A stretch of 64,000 nucleotides of DNA from Clostridia bacterium (GTDB lineage Bacteria; Bacillota; Clostridia; UBA1381): contig CAADTH010000045.1 in the NCBI GenBank assembly GCA_900751885.1, positions 92,836 to 156,835 on the forward strand, in the 5' to 3' direction. Each line of letters opens with the position of its first letter. The stretch's first letter is position 1. Shown in pieces: positions 39,875 through 49,249 of this stretch. The translations under genes and the position numbers were made by a program. Below the pieces are notes generated by a model that saw nothing but the letters and a program-made list of their open reading frames with translations, was not told the origin of the DNA and did no database searches.

Positions 39875-41671
39875 ATGAAAGAGAATCAACAATATCCTGT
39901 TATTTATCATTATAGCCGCGCTGTCTATGAGGGAACACTCTCATCCGAGGCGGCATCGGCAGAGCTCTATGCAAAAATAGATCGTTATAGCAAAGCATCC
40001 TACCATATCATATTTGATGTATTCAAAAAAATGATGAAGGGGGAAGCATATACACGCCGCGCCAGCTTCGCTATTACAGAATATTTTTTGACTCATATTC
40101 TACTTGATTATGGTCCCAGCACGCTTTCCAACGCACTGTATGCTACCTATCAAAACATCCAATACTATTATGAGCATACATCCAGCCTTCAAACGAACCT
40201 TCGTACACTGTGCATAAAAATCGCACAGCAAAACCGGATCGATCTTGATTTTTCTGAAGTTATGTTCCAAAAAATCATTCCCAAGAACTCTGGTTTAGGT
40301 GCTGAGTTGGATGTCCAGCCCACGGTTCCTTCCCTGTGCTGGTATGTTGGCGCATATATCGCGCGTCAGGATCAACTCAATGTCTTTTTAGAAAATGGGA
40401 TATGGAAAAACGGGTATTTAGACCGCTACAAAGAGCTTGTCAACAATATCCAGCCAGGTGATAAAATTGCAGTCAAGTCTGCTTTTGTTCAAAAAAACAA
40501 TCTGCCGTTCGATGTGAATGGAAGTTCTGTGTCTGTCATGGAAATCAAAGCCATTGGGACAGTTCTTCGCAATCATGGCGACGGAAGAACGCTGGACGTC
40601 GATTGGCACAAGCTCGATCAGCCGAAAAAATGGTATTTCTTTACGAACCGTTCTACCATTTGGCGTGTGGAATCAGATTCTGACGATTGGCGATATCAAG
40701 CTTTGCTTCATTTCACATTCGCCGATCAACCACAAGATATTTCGCGCTTTTTGAGTTATCCCTACTGGGCAAAAAAATACAGTCCGGACTATATTCAAAC
40801 TGAATTGGAGGAAAGTACGGAATATACAAGGGATGATTTTTTATCCGATGTCTTTATCCAACCAGAACGCTATGACACCATCCGGAATCTTCTTGTTCGA
40901 AAAAAGAATATCATTCTTCAAGGCGCTCCAGGGACAGGTAAAACGTTTTCTGCCCGACGGCTTGCATACTCCCTTATGGGGGAAATCGACGACAGTCGTA
41001 TTTGTATGATTCAATTTCATCAAAATTACTGCTATGAGGACTTCATCATGGGGTATAAGCCGGATAGAGAGGGTTTTACCTTGCGAAACGGGGTTTTTTA
41101 TGAGTTTTGTCAGCTGGCGAAACAAAACTCTGATCAAGCCTATTTCTTTCTCATCGATGAAATCAACCGCGGCAACATGAGTAAAATTTTCGGAGAGCTT
41201 CTAATGCTGCTTGAAAATGACAAGCGAGGACCACAAAATGCAGTCCTTCTGTCGTATACAGGCGAGGAATTTTATGTCCCTGAAAATTTATATCTCATCG
41301 GTATGATGAATACCGCAGACCGAAGCCTTGCTATTTTAGACTATGCCCTAAGACGTCGGTTTTGCTTTTTCGAATTGGAGCCTGCTTTTTCCTCCCCACT
41401 CTTCCTGGAATACCTGGAGGAGCACCAGGTTCCGGAGCCTTTGATTGAAAAAATCATTGACGGAATGACCTCTTTAAATGAGGAAATCAAAAAAGAGCCG
41501 ACACTTGGAAAGGGCTTTCAAATCGGGCATAGCTATTTTTGTAATTGCATTGACGCAGGAATCGAATGGTACAACGATATCATCCTGTATGAAATTGCTC
41601 CGCTATTGGACGAATATTGGATTGACGATCCAGACAAAGCAAAACAGCTGACGCTGGAACTGTTGAGGTGA
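39875..41671 (+). CDS. mcrB: McrB-family GTPase (AAA+ motor of a type IV McrBC restriction system) with long non-canonical N-terminal region
   Basis: 598 aa. The C-terminal half has GAPGTGKTF, FFLIDEINRGNMSKIFGELLMLLE, YLIGMMNTADRS and ALRRRF, all McrB signature motifs. Confidence 0.88.
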   Translation: MKENQQYPVIYHYSRAVYEGTLSSEAASAELYAKIDRYSKASYHIIFDVFKKMMKGEAYTRRASFAITEYFLTHILLDYGPSTLSNALYATYQNIQYYYEHTSSLQTNLRTLCIKIAQQNRIDLDFSEVMFQKIIPKNSGLGAELDVQPTVPSLCWYVGAYIARQDQLNVFLENGIWKNGYLDRYKELVNNIQPGDKIAVKSAFVQKNNLPFDVNGSSVSVMEIKAIGTVLRNHGDGRTLDVDWHKLDQPKKWYFFTNRSTIWRVESDSDDWRYQALLHFTFADQPQDISRFLSYPYWAKKYSPDYIQTELEESTEYTRDDFLSDVFIQPERYDTIRNLLVRKKNIILQGAPGTGKTFSARRLAYSLMGEIDDSRICMIQFHQNYCYEDFIMGYKPDREGFTLRNGVFYEFCQLAKQNSDQAYFFLIDEINRGNMSKIFGELLMLLENDKRGPQNAVLLSYTGEEFYVPENLYLIGMMNTADRSLAILDYALRRRFCFFELEPAFSSPLFLEYLEEHQVPEPLIEKIIDGMTSLNEEIKKEPTLGKGFQIGHSYFCNCIDAGIEWYNDIILYEIAPLLDEYWIDDPDKAKQLTLELLR

Positions 41672-41676
41672 GCGGT

Positions 41677-42744
41677 ATGCGGTCAGAGAGAAAAATCCCA
41701 ATCAAAAATATTTATTATATGCTTTGCTATGCCTCCGGCGAGCTTCCCCGAAACGGGGATGCTGTCTGCGGTTCAGAACCATTTGAACATATTTATGATT
41801 TGATTGCCCGCGTATTGATTCTATCCGTCACACAGCTTTTGCGCCACGGCTTCTACCGCGAATATGTCACTGCTGAAGCATCCTTGTCTACTCTGCGCGG
41901 CAGAATTGATATCCAAAAATCAATTCATCAGCAAACTACAATAAAAAAACAGCTTATCTGCTGTTATGATGAAATGTCTGCTGATGTAGCATTGAATCAA
42001 ATCATTAAGTCAGCAATGACCGTATTGCTTCAGCACTCTCACTTAAAGAAAGAGTACCGTTTGGAGTTAGAAAAGCTTCGCCGGCATTTTTCCCATATCT
42101 CTGATATTCGTCCAAACGCACAGCTATTTTCTTCCCTACGCCTAAGCCGAAGCAGCCGGCATTATCTTCTTACAATCCATGTATGTCAGCTGCTCTTTGA
42201 ACATCTGATTACGAATGAAAAAAATGGAACTGTGCGGTTTGCAGAATTTCTGGAAGAGAAGCAAATGTCGACGCTATACGAAAAATTTGTGCTGAATTTC
42301 TTCCTTCTCCATCTTCCCAGAAAAACATTTGACGTGCGTTCTTCTAAAATTAAATGGATTCTAGACGAAGGAGTGGAGCGTCATATCCCCTACCTTCCAG
42401 AAATGAGGACAGATATTGTCCTCACCAATAAGCAATCCCAGGTTCAGCTGATTATTGATACAAAATTTTATACAGATACACTGGCTGAAGGATACTTTTC
42501 GAAGGAAAAAATCATTCATCCTGAAAATCTTTACCAAATGTTTGCTTATTTGAGCAATAGCCGATTTACTGGAAACATAATAGGACTTCTTTTATATCCA
42601 ACGGTTACAGCCGAGCTTGACTTTGAAATTCCAATCAGAAAAAAACACATTTTAGTGAAAACCTTGAATTTAAACGCAGATTGGGACTCCATTGAACAAC
42701 AGCTCCTACAAATCCCGCTTCACACCAATCTTTTTCAGGCGTGA
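41677..42744 (+). CDS. mcrC: McrC-family nuclease subunit (PD-(D/E)xK)
   Basis: About 355 aa immediately after mcrB (an alternative GTG start at 41668 overlaps the mcrB stop). MRTDIVL...QLIIDTKFY is the McrC catalytic D...(D/E)xK region. Confidence 0.8.
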   Translation: MRSERKIPIKNIYYMLCYASGELPRNGDAVCGSEPFEHIYDLIARVLILSVTQLLRHGFYREYVTAEASLSTLRGRIDIQKSIHQQTTIKKQLICCYDEMSADVALNQIIKSAMTVLLQHSHLKKEYRLELEKLRRHFSHISDIRPNAQLFSSLRLSRSSRHYLLTIHVCQLLFEHLITNEKNGTVRFAEFLEEKQMSTLYEKFVLNFFLLHLPRKTFDVRSSKIKWILDEGVERHIPYLPEMRTDIVLTNKQSQVQLIIDTKFYTDTLAEGYFSKEKIIHPENLYQMFAYLSNSRFTGNIIGLLLYPTVTAELDFEIPIRKKHILVKTLNLNADWDSIEQQLLQIPLHTNLFQA

Positions 42745-42791
42745 AACAATCAAATCATGCCTATTTATCATTTTTATTCTGAGGTGACAGT

Positions 42792-43544
42792 ATGCTTTCA
42801 ACAGAAAAATTTCTTCAGCTCCGCTCCGATACGCGATGTGTTGACGCCGTTTCCTATACAGCTGAGCAGCGGCTTCAGCTGATTTTAGCAAAAGAAAATG
42901 CCTTTACCTACAGCAAAGAGCTGTTTTATACATACGGCGGTGAGGATTACACGGAGAGAATCCGGCATATTCCTATCCCGGATTCCCCTTGCTCTTATTC
43001 CAAGCTCGTCGAAACCTCAAAAGGCGAACTGATTATTTTAATTGATTTGATGCTTCAGAATTTTGAATCTCTCATCTTAAATCCTCCGCCGCATTCTCCT
43101 CTTGCGCGCAGTAACCCCAAAAAGGTGTTTATCGTTCACGGGCACAATGAAGCGCTGAAATTAAATGTCTCCACTTGGCTGTACTCTGTCGGATTAACGC
43201 CGGTCATTCTCCATCTTCAGCCCAATGGCGGTTTGACCAGTATTTTAGAAAAGATAGAACACAACTCGGATGTGGGCTGTGCCATTATCTTATTGACTGC
43301 CGACGATGTTGGGAAGTCTATTTCCGAAACAGACTATCATAAAAGAGCACGGCAAAATGTAGTGTTCGAGGCAGGCTATTTCGCCGGAAAGCTCGGTAAA
43401 AACCGTGTTGTTTTGTTATATGAAGCCGGAGTCGAGCTTCCGGGGGATCTTTTGGGGAATGTCTATATCCTCGCCGATGAGCACGACGGATGGAAAGAGC
43501 AGGTGCGGCTTGAGCTTTGTGCGATGGGGTTTCATCTTACATAA
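42792..43544 (+). CDS. TIR-like (CAP12/PycTIR-type, COG4271) domain protein with unknown N-terminal domain of about 110 aa
   Basis: C-terminal KVFIVHGHNEALK...GLTPVILHLQPNGG.TSILEKIE...GCAIILLTADDVG...ARQNVVFEAGYFAGKLGKNRVVLLYEAGVELPGDLLG matches the conserved block order of this TIR-like family. RBS GAGGTG. Confidence 0.8.
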   Translation: MLSTEKFLQLRSDTRCVDAVSYTAEQRLQLILAKENAFTYSKELFYTYGGEDYTERIRHIPIPDSPCSYSKLVETSKGELIILIDLMLQNFESLILNPPPHSPLARSNPKKVFIVHGHNEALKLNVSTWLYSVGLTPVILHLQPNGGLTSILEKIEHNSDVGCAIILLTADDVGKSISETDYHKRARQNVVFEAGYFAGKLGKNRVVLLYEAGVELPGDLLGNVYILADEHDGWKEQVRLELCAMGFHLT

Positions 43545-43559
43545 AATCATATCTGTCCG

Positions 43560-44051
43560 CTATAAGCTTATGTAGTACGGGCAGATATCTTCATATTCTC
43601 CACTTTTCATGCGAAAGCCCTTACAAATCGTCCCCAGCTGTGTGAAGCCGAGTCTTTCATATAAGTTTCTCGCATGGATATTGTTGGATACCACCGCATT
43701 GAACTGAAGGATTCGAAACCCAATTTCTCTGGCGTGAACCATACAATCTTTCACTAGTTTTTCTCCAATATGGATTCCCCGGCACTGCGCGCTGACGGCA
43801 TAGCTTGCATTGGCGATATGTCCGCACCGACCAATATTATTCGGGTGAAGAATATATAAGCCTACTATTGTTTCATTGCCTTTATCCTCTGCCACAGCGC
43901 AATAGCTTTGACTTTGGAAAAAGTCTAAACCTGTTTGTTTATCTAAAAGCTCCTCCTGTGGAAACGCAATCCCTTCCTCCACAATCTCATTCCAAATCGC
44001 TATCATTTGAGGAAGGTCCTGTTCACTAAATTGTCTTATCCCAAGTTCCAT
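43560..44051 (-). CDS. GNAT family N-acetyltransferase
   Basis: Start at MELGIRQF. The track start is a TTG inside the GGAGGT RBS. Acetyl-CoA motif RGIHIGEKLV present. Confidence 0.85.
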   Translation of the reverse strand: MELGIRQFSEQDLPQMIAIWNEIVEEGIAFPQEELLDKQTGLDFFQSQSYCAVAEDKGNETIVGLYILHPNNIGRCGHIANASYAVSAQCRGIHIGEKLVKDCMVHAREIGFRILQFNAVVSNNIHARNLYERLGFTQLGTICKGFRMKSGEYEDICPYYISL

Positions 44052-44120
44052 TTCACGTACCTCCAAATTTTGATCTGATTCTATTATACTTTTTTTGATG
44101 TGGGATGTAAAGAATATGAT

Positions 44121-44182
44121 AAAACTCCATTAGAAAGCCAAGCAAAACAAGAAACGTTTTCTTGGCTTTCTAATGGAGTTTT
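44121..44182. terminator. Long perfect hairpin (22-bp stem) at the low-coordinate edge of the AT-rich island; probable terminator of the zinc-ribbon operon
   Basis: aaaactccattagaaagccaag (44121-44142) pairs perfectly with cttggctttctaatggagtttt (44161-44182). T-rich on both exits. Confidence 0.5.
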
Positions 44183-44246
44183 GATTTGAAGTCAAAAAGG
44201 GGTGTAAAAACCTTTTATGTTCTTTTAAAATTGTCTTCAATATACT

Positions 44247-44678
44247 CTATATAGCTTTCATAGGTCCCACTACACTTTGTCGGAAAATCAAATCCTTTTC
44301 TCTTCTCCTCGCTGACAGGTTTGATATCCAAAGAGGATTCTGTATCTGCTCGTTTCCCTCAGTATATTCTGATTCTGCGATAAAATGATAATAAAAGAGA
44401 TATCCTGCTGCACTTCCTGCAATCAGAATAATCGCCATTGCTATTACAATAATCCACGATACTCCTTTGCGATGCGACCTATTGCTTTGTTTCCCTGTTT
44501 TGATTTGTGTACTGTTTACAGAAAAACCACATCCGCTACAAAATTTAGAATTTTCCTCTATTTGTCCGCCGCAATTTTTACAAAACTGCTTTAGAGGGAT
44601 TTTCTGAACCTTATCGCCACAATAATCACAAAAAATGTCCCCTTCTGTTACTTCATTTCCACACTTTTCACATACCAT
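44247..44678 (-). CDS. Double zinc-ribbon, single-pass membrane protein
   Basis: Start at MVCEKCGNEV (RBS GGGAGAG). Two CxxC-x(8-12)-CxxC ribbons, then TM VSWIIVIAMAIILIAGSAAGYLF. Confidence 0.6.
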   Translation of the reverse strand: MVCEKCGNEVTEGDIFCDYCGDKVQKIPLKQFCKNCGGQIEENSKFCSGCGFSVNSTQIKTGKQSNRSHRKGVSWIIVIAMAIILIAGSAAGYLFYYHFIAESEYTEGNEQIQNPLWISNLSARRREKDLIFRQSVVGPMKAI

Positions 44679-44689
44679 AGTAACTCTCC

Positions 44690-46315
44690 CTATTTTTTCT
44701 GTTTTCTGCCGTGTAAATTTATTCTGATGAATGCTATCAGCAGGAAACAGAATATGACAGCCAAACATAAGATAACAATGAATAAAACCACCTTATTGAT
44801 GGTATTAAATTCTATGTCAATCGTTGCATCCGAGCCCAAAACAGTTGAATATTCATTATTATAGAAGCTACATTCCTCTATATTGGATGAGAGTAAATTG
44901 GTTTTATCAGGGAGCTTGTATATCAGCTCAAATTCTGCTATTGGAATCATATCGTCAATCATTTTTCCTACTCTAATTGTCTCAGAAATCCGATTTTTCT
45001 GAAAGGGTATCATACTTTTTTCATATTCAATTCGGTTATCCCCTCTTATTATTTTTTGCGTAAATTCAGTTATTTTTTTACTATCGCGAGAATGAACCGC
45101 AATACAATATGTCTTATTCTCACCTTCCACGTCCGTCGAAATATTAGCTTTCCTATCATTCGTTTTGACATTATATAGTGTATCTAAAATTTTTTCATCA
45201 AATACCTTTGCTGTATCCAATGGAATTGAAAAAATAATTTTTCGTTCTATCCCTTTGAACATATTACTGTAATCTGTTCTTACCTGCAGAGCAGACAATT
45301 TCAATCCTCTTTGATAGGAATATTCAAATTGCCCCTCTTCTCCAGAATACCTGATTTGATTTTCGTGAACAGAGAGTGTATCACTTTCTGTAATAGATAA
45401 ATTTTTATAATATTGCGGATATGTAAAACTATACTCAAAATTCCCATCTTCATTGAGAACCTTTGTAACGCCTATACGTTCCATGCAATCTACCAAAACA
45501 AAATCCTTTTGCGGTGTTTCCGTTTCCAAGGTACTGACTGTCAATCCCGCTGCCAGCAAAGTCTTTTTTGATAATTCATATTGGTTTTCTGCTTTTATTG
45601 ACACAGTTATATCTAAGTTATCACTATTTTTATTTTCATTTGAAATCTCCCCTGCCGCTTTGAAATTAGTCCACACTGCACTTTTTGTGGAATCTATCAG
45701 ATGTTCCTTTCTTATTTTCGCTCTGATTGTCCGTTCGAATCCACCATCACCATTACTTGTTGTTACGAGCTCTAACTCATCAAATCTTATATGATTGCCA
45801 TCTCTTACGTCAAAATTTTCTTTTGTTTCATATGTTTTTCCATTCAAATCGATCATACAATTTTCAATTTTAATCAATCTGTCAAATTTTAATTCCTTCA
45901 TCATATTGTTTGACAGCAGTTGTTTTTGTAAAAAATGAAACATCTGTGCAGAATCAAAATTTTCAACAAATTTAAAGCTCTCTGAGGGGTCATAAATGAT
46001 TACAGGACGGTATCCCAATAACTGCTTCATATATGTTTCATATTCATCTCTTTTGTCAAACGAAAAACAAAGTGTTATTTTCATGTCGCGTTTTTGTTTT
46101 TCAATTTCATAGCTACACCAGCTTGGAAGCGTTTCACTCAAAATGTTTTCAAACGTTTTCGAGCCGCCATCTATAAAATTGTTTAAATCTGATCTGTCAA
46201 AGGTACATACAAGTGTTCTGCTTCCGCAAAAAGGTACTTCCTCTGCATATGCGGCTATCGCTGATAAGAAAAGAAGCGATAGGATGATAAAAATTGATGT
46301 GATATTTTTTTTCAT
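44690..46315 (-). CDS. Hypothetical secreted protein with C-terminal TM anchor
   Basis: 541 aa. Signal peptide MKKNITSIFIILSLLFLSAIAAYA and C-terminal TM VVLFIVILCLAVIFCFLLIAFI. No recognisable domain. Confidence 0.55.
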   Translation of the reverse strand: MKKNITSIFIILSLLFLSAIAAYAEEVPFCGSRTLVCTFDRSDLNNFIDGGSKTFENILSETLPSWCSYEIEKQKRDMKITLCFSFDKRDEYETYMKQLLGYRPVIIYDPSESFKFVENFDSAQMFHFLQKQLLSNNMMKELKFDRLIKIENCMIDLNGKTYETKENFDVRDGNHIRFDELELVTTSNGDGGFERTIRAKIRKEHLIDSTKSAVWTNFKAAGEISNENKNSDNLDITVSIKAENQYELSKKTLLAAGLTVSTLETETPQKDFVLVDCMERIGVTKVLNEDGNFEYSFTYPQYYKNLSITESDTLSVHENQIRYSGEEGQFEYSYQRGLKLSALQVRTDYSNMFKGIERKIIFSIPLDTAKVFDEKILDTLYNVKTNDRKANISTDVEGENKTYCIAVHSRDSKKITEFTQKIIRGDNRIEYEKSMIPFQKNRISETIRVGKMIDDMIPIAEFELIYKLPDKTNLLSSNIEECSFYNNEYSTVLGSDATIDIEFNTINKVVLFIVILCLAVIFCFLLIAFIRINLHGRKQKK

Positions 46316-46317
46316 TT

Positions 46318-49149
46318 TTAATCCTCCAAAATTAGATCATATCTGTAAATCGCATTTGCAGTCGCGCTGTCAGGCATGGAATAAAAATAGATTCTGTTGT
46401 CCATGATTTCCATTCCGCAATTTTCCAGATCACAGCTTAGTCTTAACAAATCAAACCGTTTTATCTCTTCCTTCTGCGTAAAGTCATTGCTTAAAGAGTA
46501 TAAAATCAATTCTGTATCTGTCTGATCAAAATACCACCAATTCCCTGCACCATCCTGACACATTGTAAAGAATGCTTGATTGCTATTGACCTCCACCATC
46601 CGTTTGCTATTACCGCTTTTCGCATCATAAAGGACAATTTGATACGGCAAGGCATCTTCTTGTTCCGTTTCATTCTTCACGGTTGTGATAATGCCATCCT
46701 TTTCATACTTCCATCCACTTATCCCTTCCGCCTTGATAAATCCACCACCATATTGCAGGTGAACCGCTTGCGCTGTACCTCTTAAATATCCATTCGAAAT
46801 ATATTGAACTGCTGCATGATATCCGCCCTCTTTGTAATATTCCCTTGGATATTCTTCGACTGTTATTTGCTTCCCGTATTCCTTCACAATCCCCCCGTCT
46901 TTGTTTATCAAGTAATAATCGTTTTCTGCTCCGCCCAAAAATGAAAATATGCTGTTTTCCTTTGTAACCACCATAAAATTATCATCCTGTTCTACCATAA
47001 CCTCCACAGGCTCATGCAATTCGCACAAATCAGATACAGAAAGATTTTCTCTGTTTAAACGCCTGATTGATTTATTGTTATCATTTGGAACATAATAAAA
47101 GTATTCTTCATCCATATGCAAGCACCAGTTGATGCTTTTTAAAATACTATCCTTTTTCTTTCCGTCCTTGCTTACGCGCAATAAATCATATACGCCTTTT
47201 TCTTCGCTTGCTTTCAGCAAATAGATATATGAGGCATCTATTCCGCAAATTGTAAAGAAATCCTCCTCATAAAGAACCTTATCCCCTGCGCTACCATCAT
47301 TGTTCTTTCGTTCCAATTTTCCATTGAGATTTTTCATATAGGTACATGCTTCATCCTTTGCAACCATGCGCTGATACTGCATGGTGTTTTCATCAAAATC
47401 TGTCGGATACGACACATTCCTGTTGTCATTTTCTTCATCCTCTTTCGCTTCTTCCTGTTGGCTTTTCTTGCTATCCAATGCCTTTTTCACTGCATTCTCA
47501 GCGTTCAGCATCTCATATTTTTTTCCTTCGCTCCATTCATACTCCCCTGAGGCGGTACTGCAAACTATATTTTTCACCTCTTCCCCTGATAAATTTGGAT
47601 TTATTGAGAATACCATCGCAGCAACCCCCGCAACATGAGGTGCCGCCATTGACGTTCCTTGGTTATTCAAATAAGTTTTATTTATAAATCCCAATGTGTT
47701 TACATATATTCCTGTACTATATATATTGACACCCGGAGCTAAAATATTGACTCTTTCGCCGCATTGGCTAAAATCAGCAATGGAATAAACGTTCTGTGCG
47801 TCACATTTGGCGGCGCCCACCACGATGATTCTGTCTTTTATTCTTTTATTTTCAATGGCGTTCAATACATCATATTTTGCATCCACATTCCCAAATTCCA
47901 CTCTCCTATCATAGTCTTCATATTTTGCTTTAAATGTATCTTTATTATCGTCTGTAAGCTCGACATAGCCATATTTATTCTGATCTTCCGGATCACCGGG
48001 ATCTACCCTTATGTATTGATACTTCGTATTGCTATCTGTAGAATTCTGATTTCCGGCAGCTGTACTTATAATAAAGTCATATCCACTATCCAGCAAAAAC
48101 TCTAAATACTCAGCAAGACAATTGCTGTCTTCTGTGATTTCATTTTTTGCTTTTATGCTGTCTCTGCTTGCAGCAAATGCAACTACATCATTTATACCCA
48201 TACTAATATTGACAACCTTGCATTTATCTATTACTATCAATTCAGTTAACGCTACAATATATCTGCTGATAGTAGTATAGTTTTCAGCAATTCCACTTTC
48301 CGAAACAGCATATAGCTTATTTTTAGGAGCTACCCCTGCTACCCCCTGTTTATTGTTGAATAACGCCGCTATTGTACCAGATACATGCGTACCATGACTG
48401 ATTCTTTTTAGTTTTTTATTTTCCTCTTTTATCTGTTTGTCACTTAAATTAAGTAACGGCGCTTTCTCAAAACGTAAATCGTTATGTCTGGTACAGAACA
48501 TATTATCAAAAACACCAATGTTTACTTCGCTCATATCATCTATGTATTCCCACGCTTCTCGTGCATGAATTGCTTTCATTCCCCAATTCAAATCTTCCGG
48601 ATTCACATTGCTATCCTGCCAATAACTCTTCCACTCTTTGTCATTTGGTGCTTTTTTATTATATTGAATATCGAGTTTTATCGCCGTATCAATCGATACA
48701 TGATTGACGAATTTTTCTTTCTTTATCTTTTCAGCAATTCCATTTAAATCATTGTAACGATAATGGTCTTTAAATTTTAGCTGGTACATTTTCGTACAAT
48801 CTAAATATCCTATCAATTCACAATGATATTTTTTCGCCAGTTCCTCAATAAAGCTATCCGCTACTGTACGGTCAGCTCTTATGATGAGTTGATTATCCAC
48901 ATAATGAATTCCTGTTTTCTCGTCGATTTGTATTTCTTCTTGATTTGCGCTTGTCCAATAGAAGCCGTCGCGATATTGAGAGGATACATTCGCATTTCTA
49001 ACAATCATGTAACCCACGCTTCCCGCGATGGCAATTAAAATACTGATAAGCAATACATACCGTGTCTTACACCTTTTCACCGCTGCTCCGCAGTAGATGC
49101 AAAATTTTGTTTTTGGGGGCAAATTCCTTCTGCACTTAGGGCACTTCAT
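46318..49149 (-). CDS. Zinc-ribbon / TM-anchored S8 subtilisin-like serine peptidase with C-terminal DUF5050-like propeller
   Basis: Start at MKCPKCRRNLPPKTKFCIYCG (RBS AAGGAAGG), then a TM helix. Catalytic D (GVFDNMF), H (HGTHVSGTIAA) and S (GTSMAAPHVAGVAAM). The C-terminal region has repeated YY...LYR/DG blades. Confidence 0.82.
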   Translation of the reverse strand: MKCPKCRRNLPPKTKFCIYCGAAVKRCKTRYVLLISILIAIAGSVGYMIVRNANVSSQYRDGFYWTSANQEEIQIDEKTGIHYVDNQLIIRADRTVADSFIEELAKKYHCELIGYLDCTKMYQLKFKDHYRYNDLNGIAEKIKKEKFVNHVSIDTAIKLDIQYNKKAPNDKEWKSYWQDSNVNPEDLNWGMKAIHAREAWEYIDDMSEVNIGVFDNMFCTRHNDLRFEKAPLLNLSDKQIKEENKKLKRISHGTHVSGTIAALFNNKQGVAGVAPKNKLYAVSESGIAENYTTISRYIVALTELIVIDKCKVVNISMGINDVVAFAASRDSIKAKNEITEDSNCLAEYLEFLLDSGYDFIISTAAGNQNSTDSNTKYQYIRVDPGDPEDQNKYGYVELTDDNKDTFKAKYEDYDRRVEFGNVDAKYDVLNAIENKRIKDRIIVVGAAKCDAQNVYSIADFSQCGERVNILAPGVNIYSTGIYVNTLGFINKTYLNNQGTSMAAPHVAGVAAMVFSINPNLSGEEVKNIVCSTASGEYEWSEGKKYEMLNAENAVKKALDSKKSQQEEAKEDEENDNRNVSYPTDFDENTMQYQRMVAKDEACTYMKNLNGKLERKNNDGSAGDKVLYEEDFFTICGIDASYIYLLKASEEKGVYDLLRVSKDGKKKDSILKSINWCLHMDEEYFYYVPNDNNKSIRRLNRENLSVSDLCELHEPVEVMVEQDDNFMVVTKENSIFSFLGGAENDYYLINKDGGIVKEYGKQITVEEYPREYYKEGGYHAAVQYISNGYLRGTAQAVHLQYGGGFIKAEGISGWKYEKDGIITTVKNETEQEDALPYQIVLYDAKSGNSKRMVEVNSNQAFFTMCQDGAGNWWYFDQTDTELILYSLSNDFTQKEEIKRFDLLRLSCDLENCGMEIMDNRIYFYSMPDSATANAIYRYDLILED

Positions 49150-49249
49150 CTTTTTTACCTTCCTTTTCTTCCAAAATAAAACAATTACCATATGGATTAC
49201 ACCTTCCTATGGTAATTGTATTCACTTCTGTAGCTTGTTTAAATTTATG

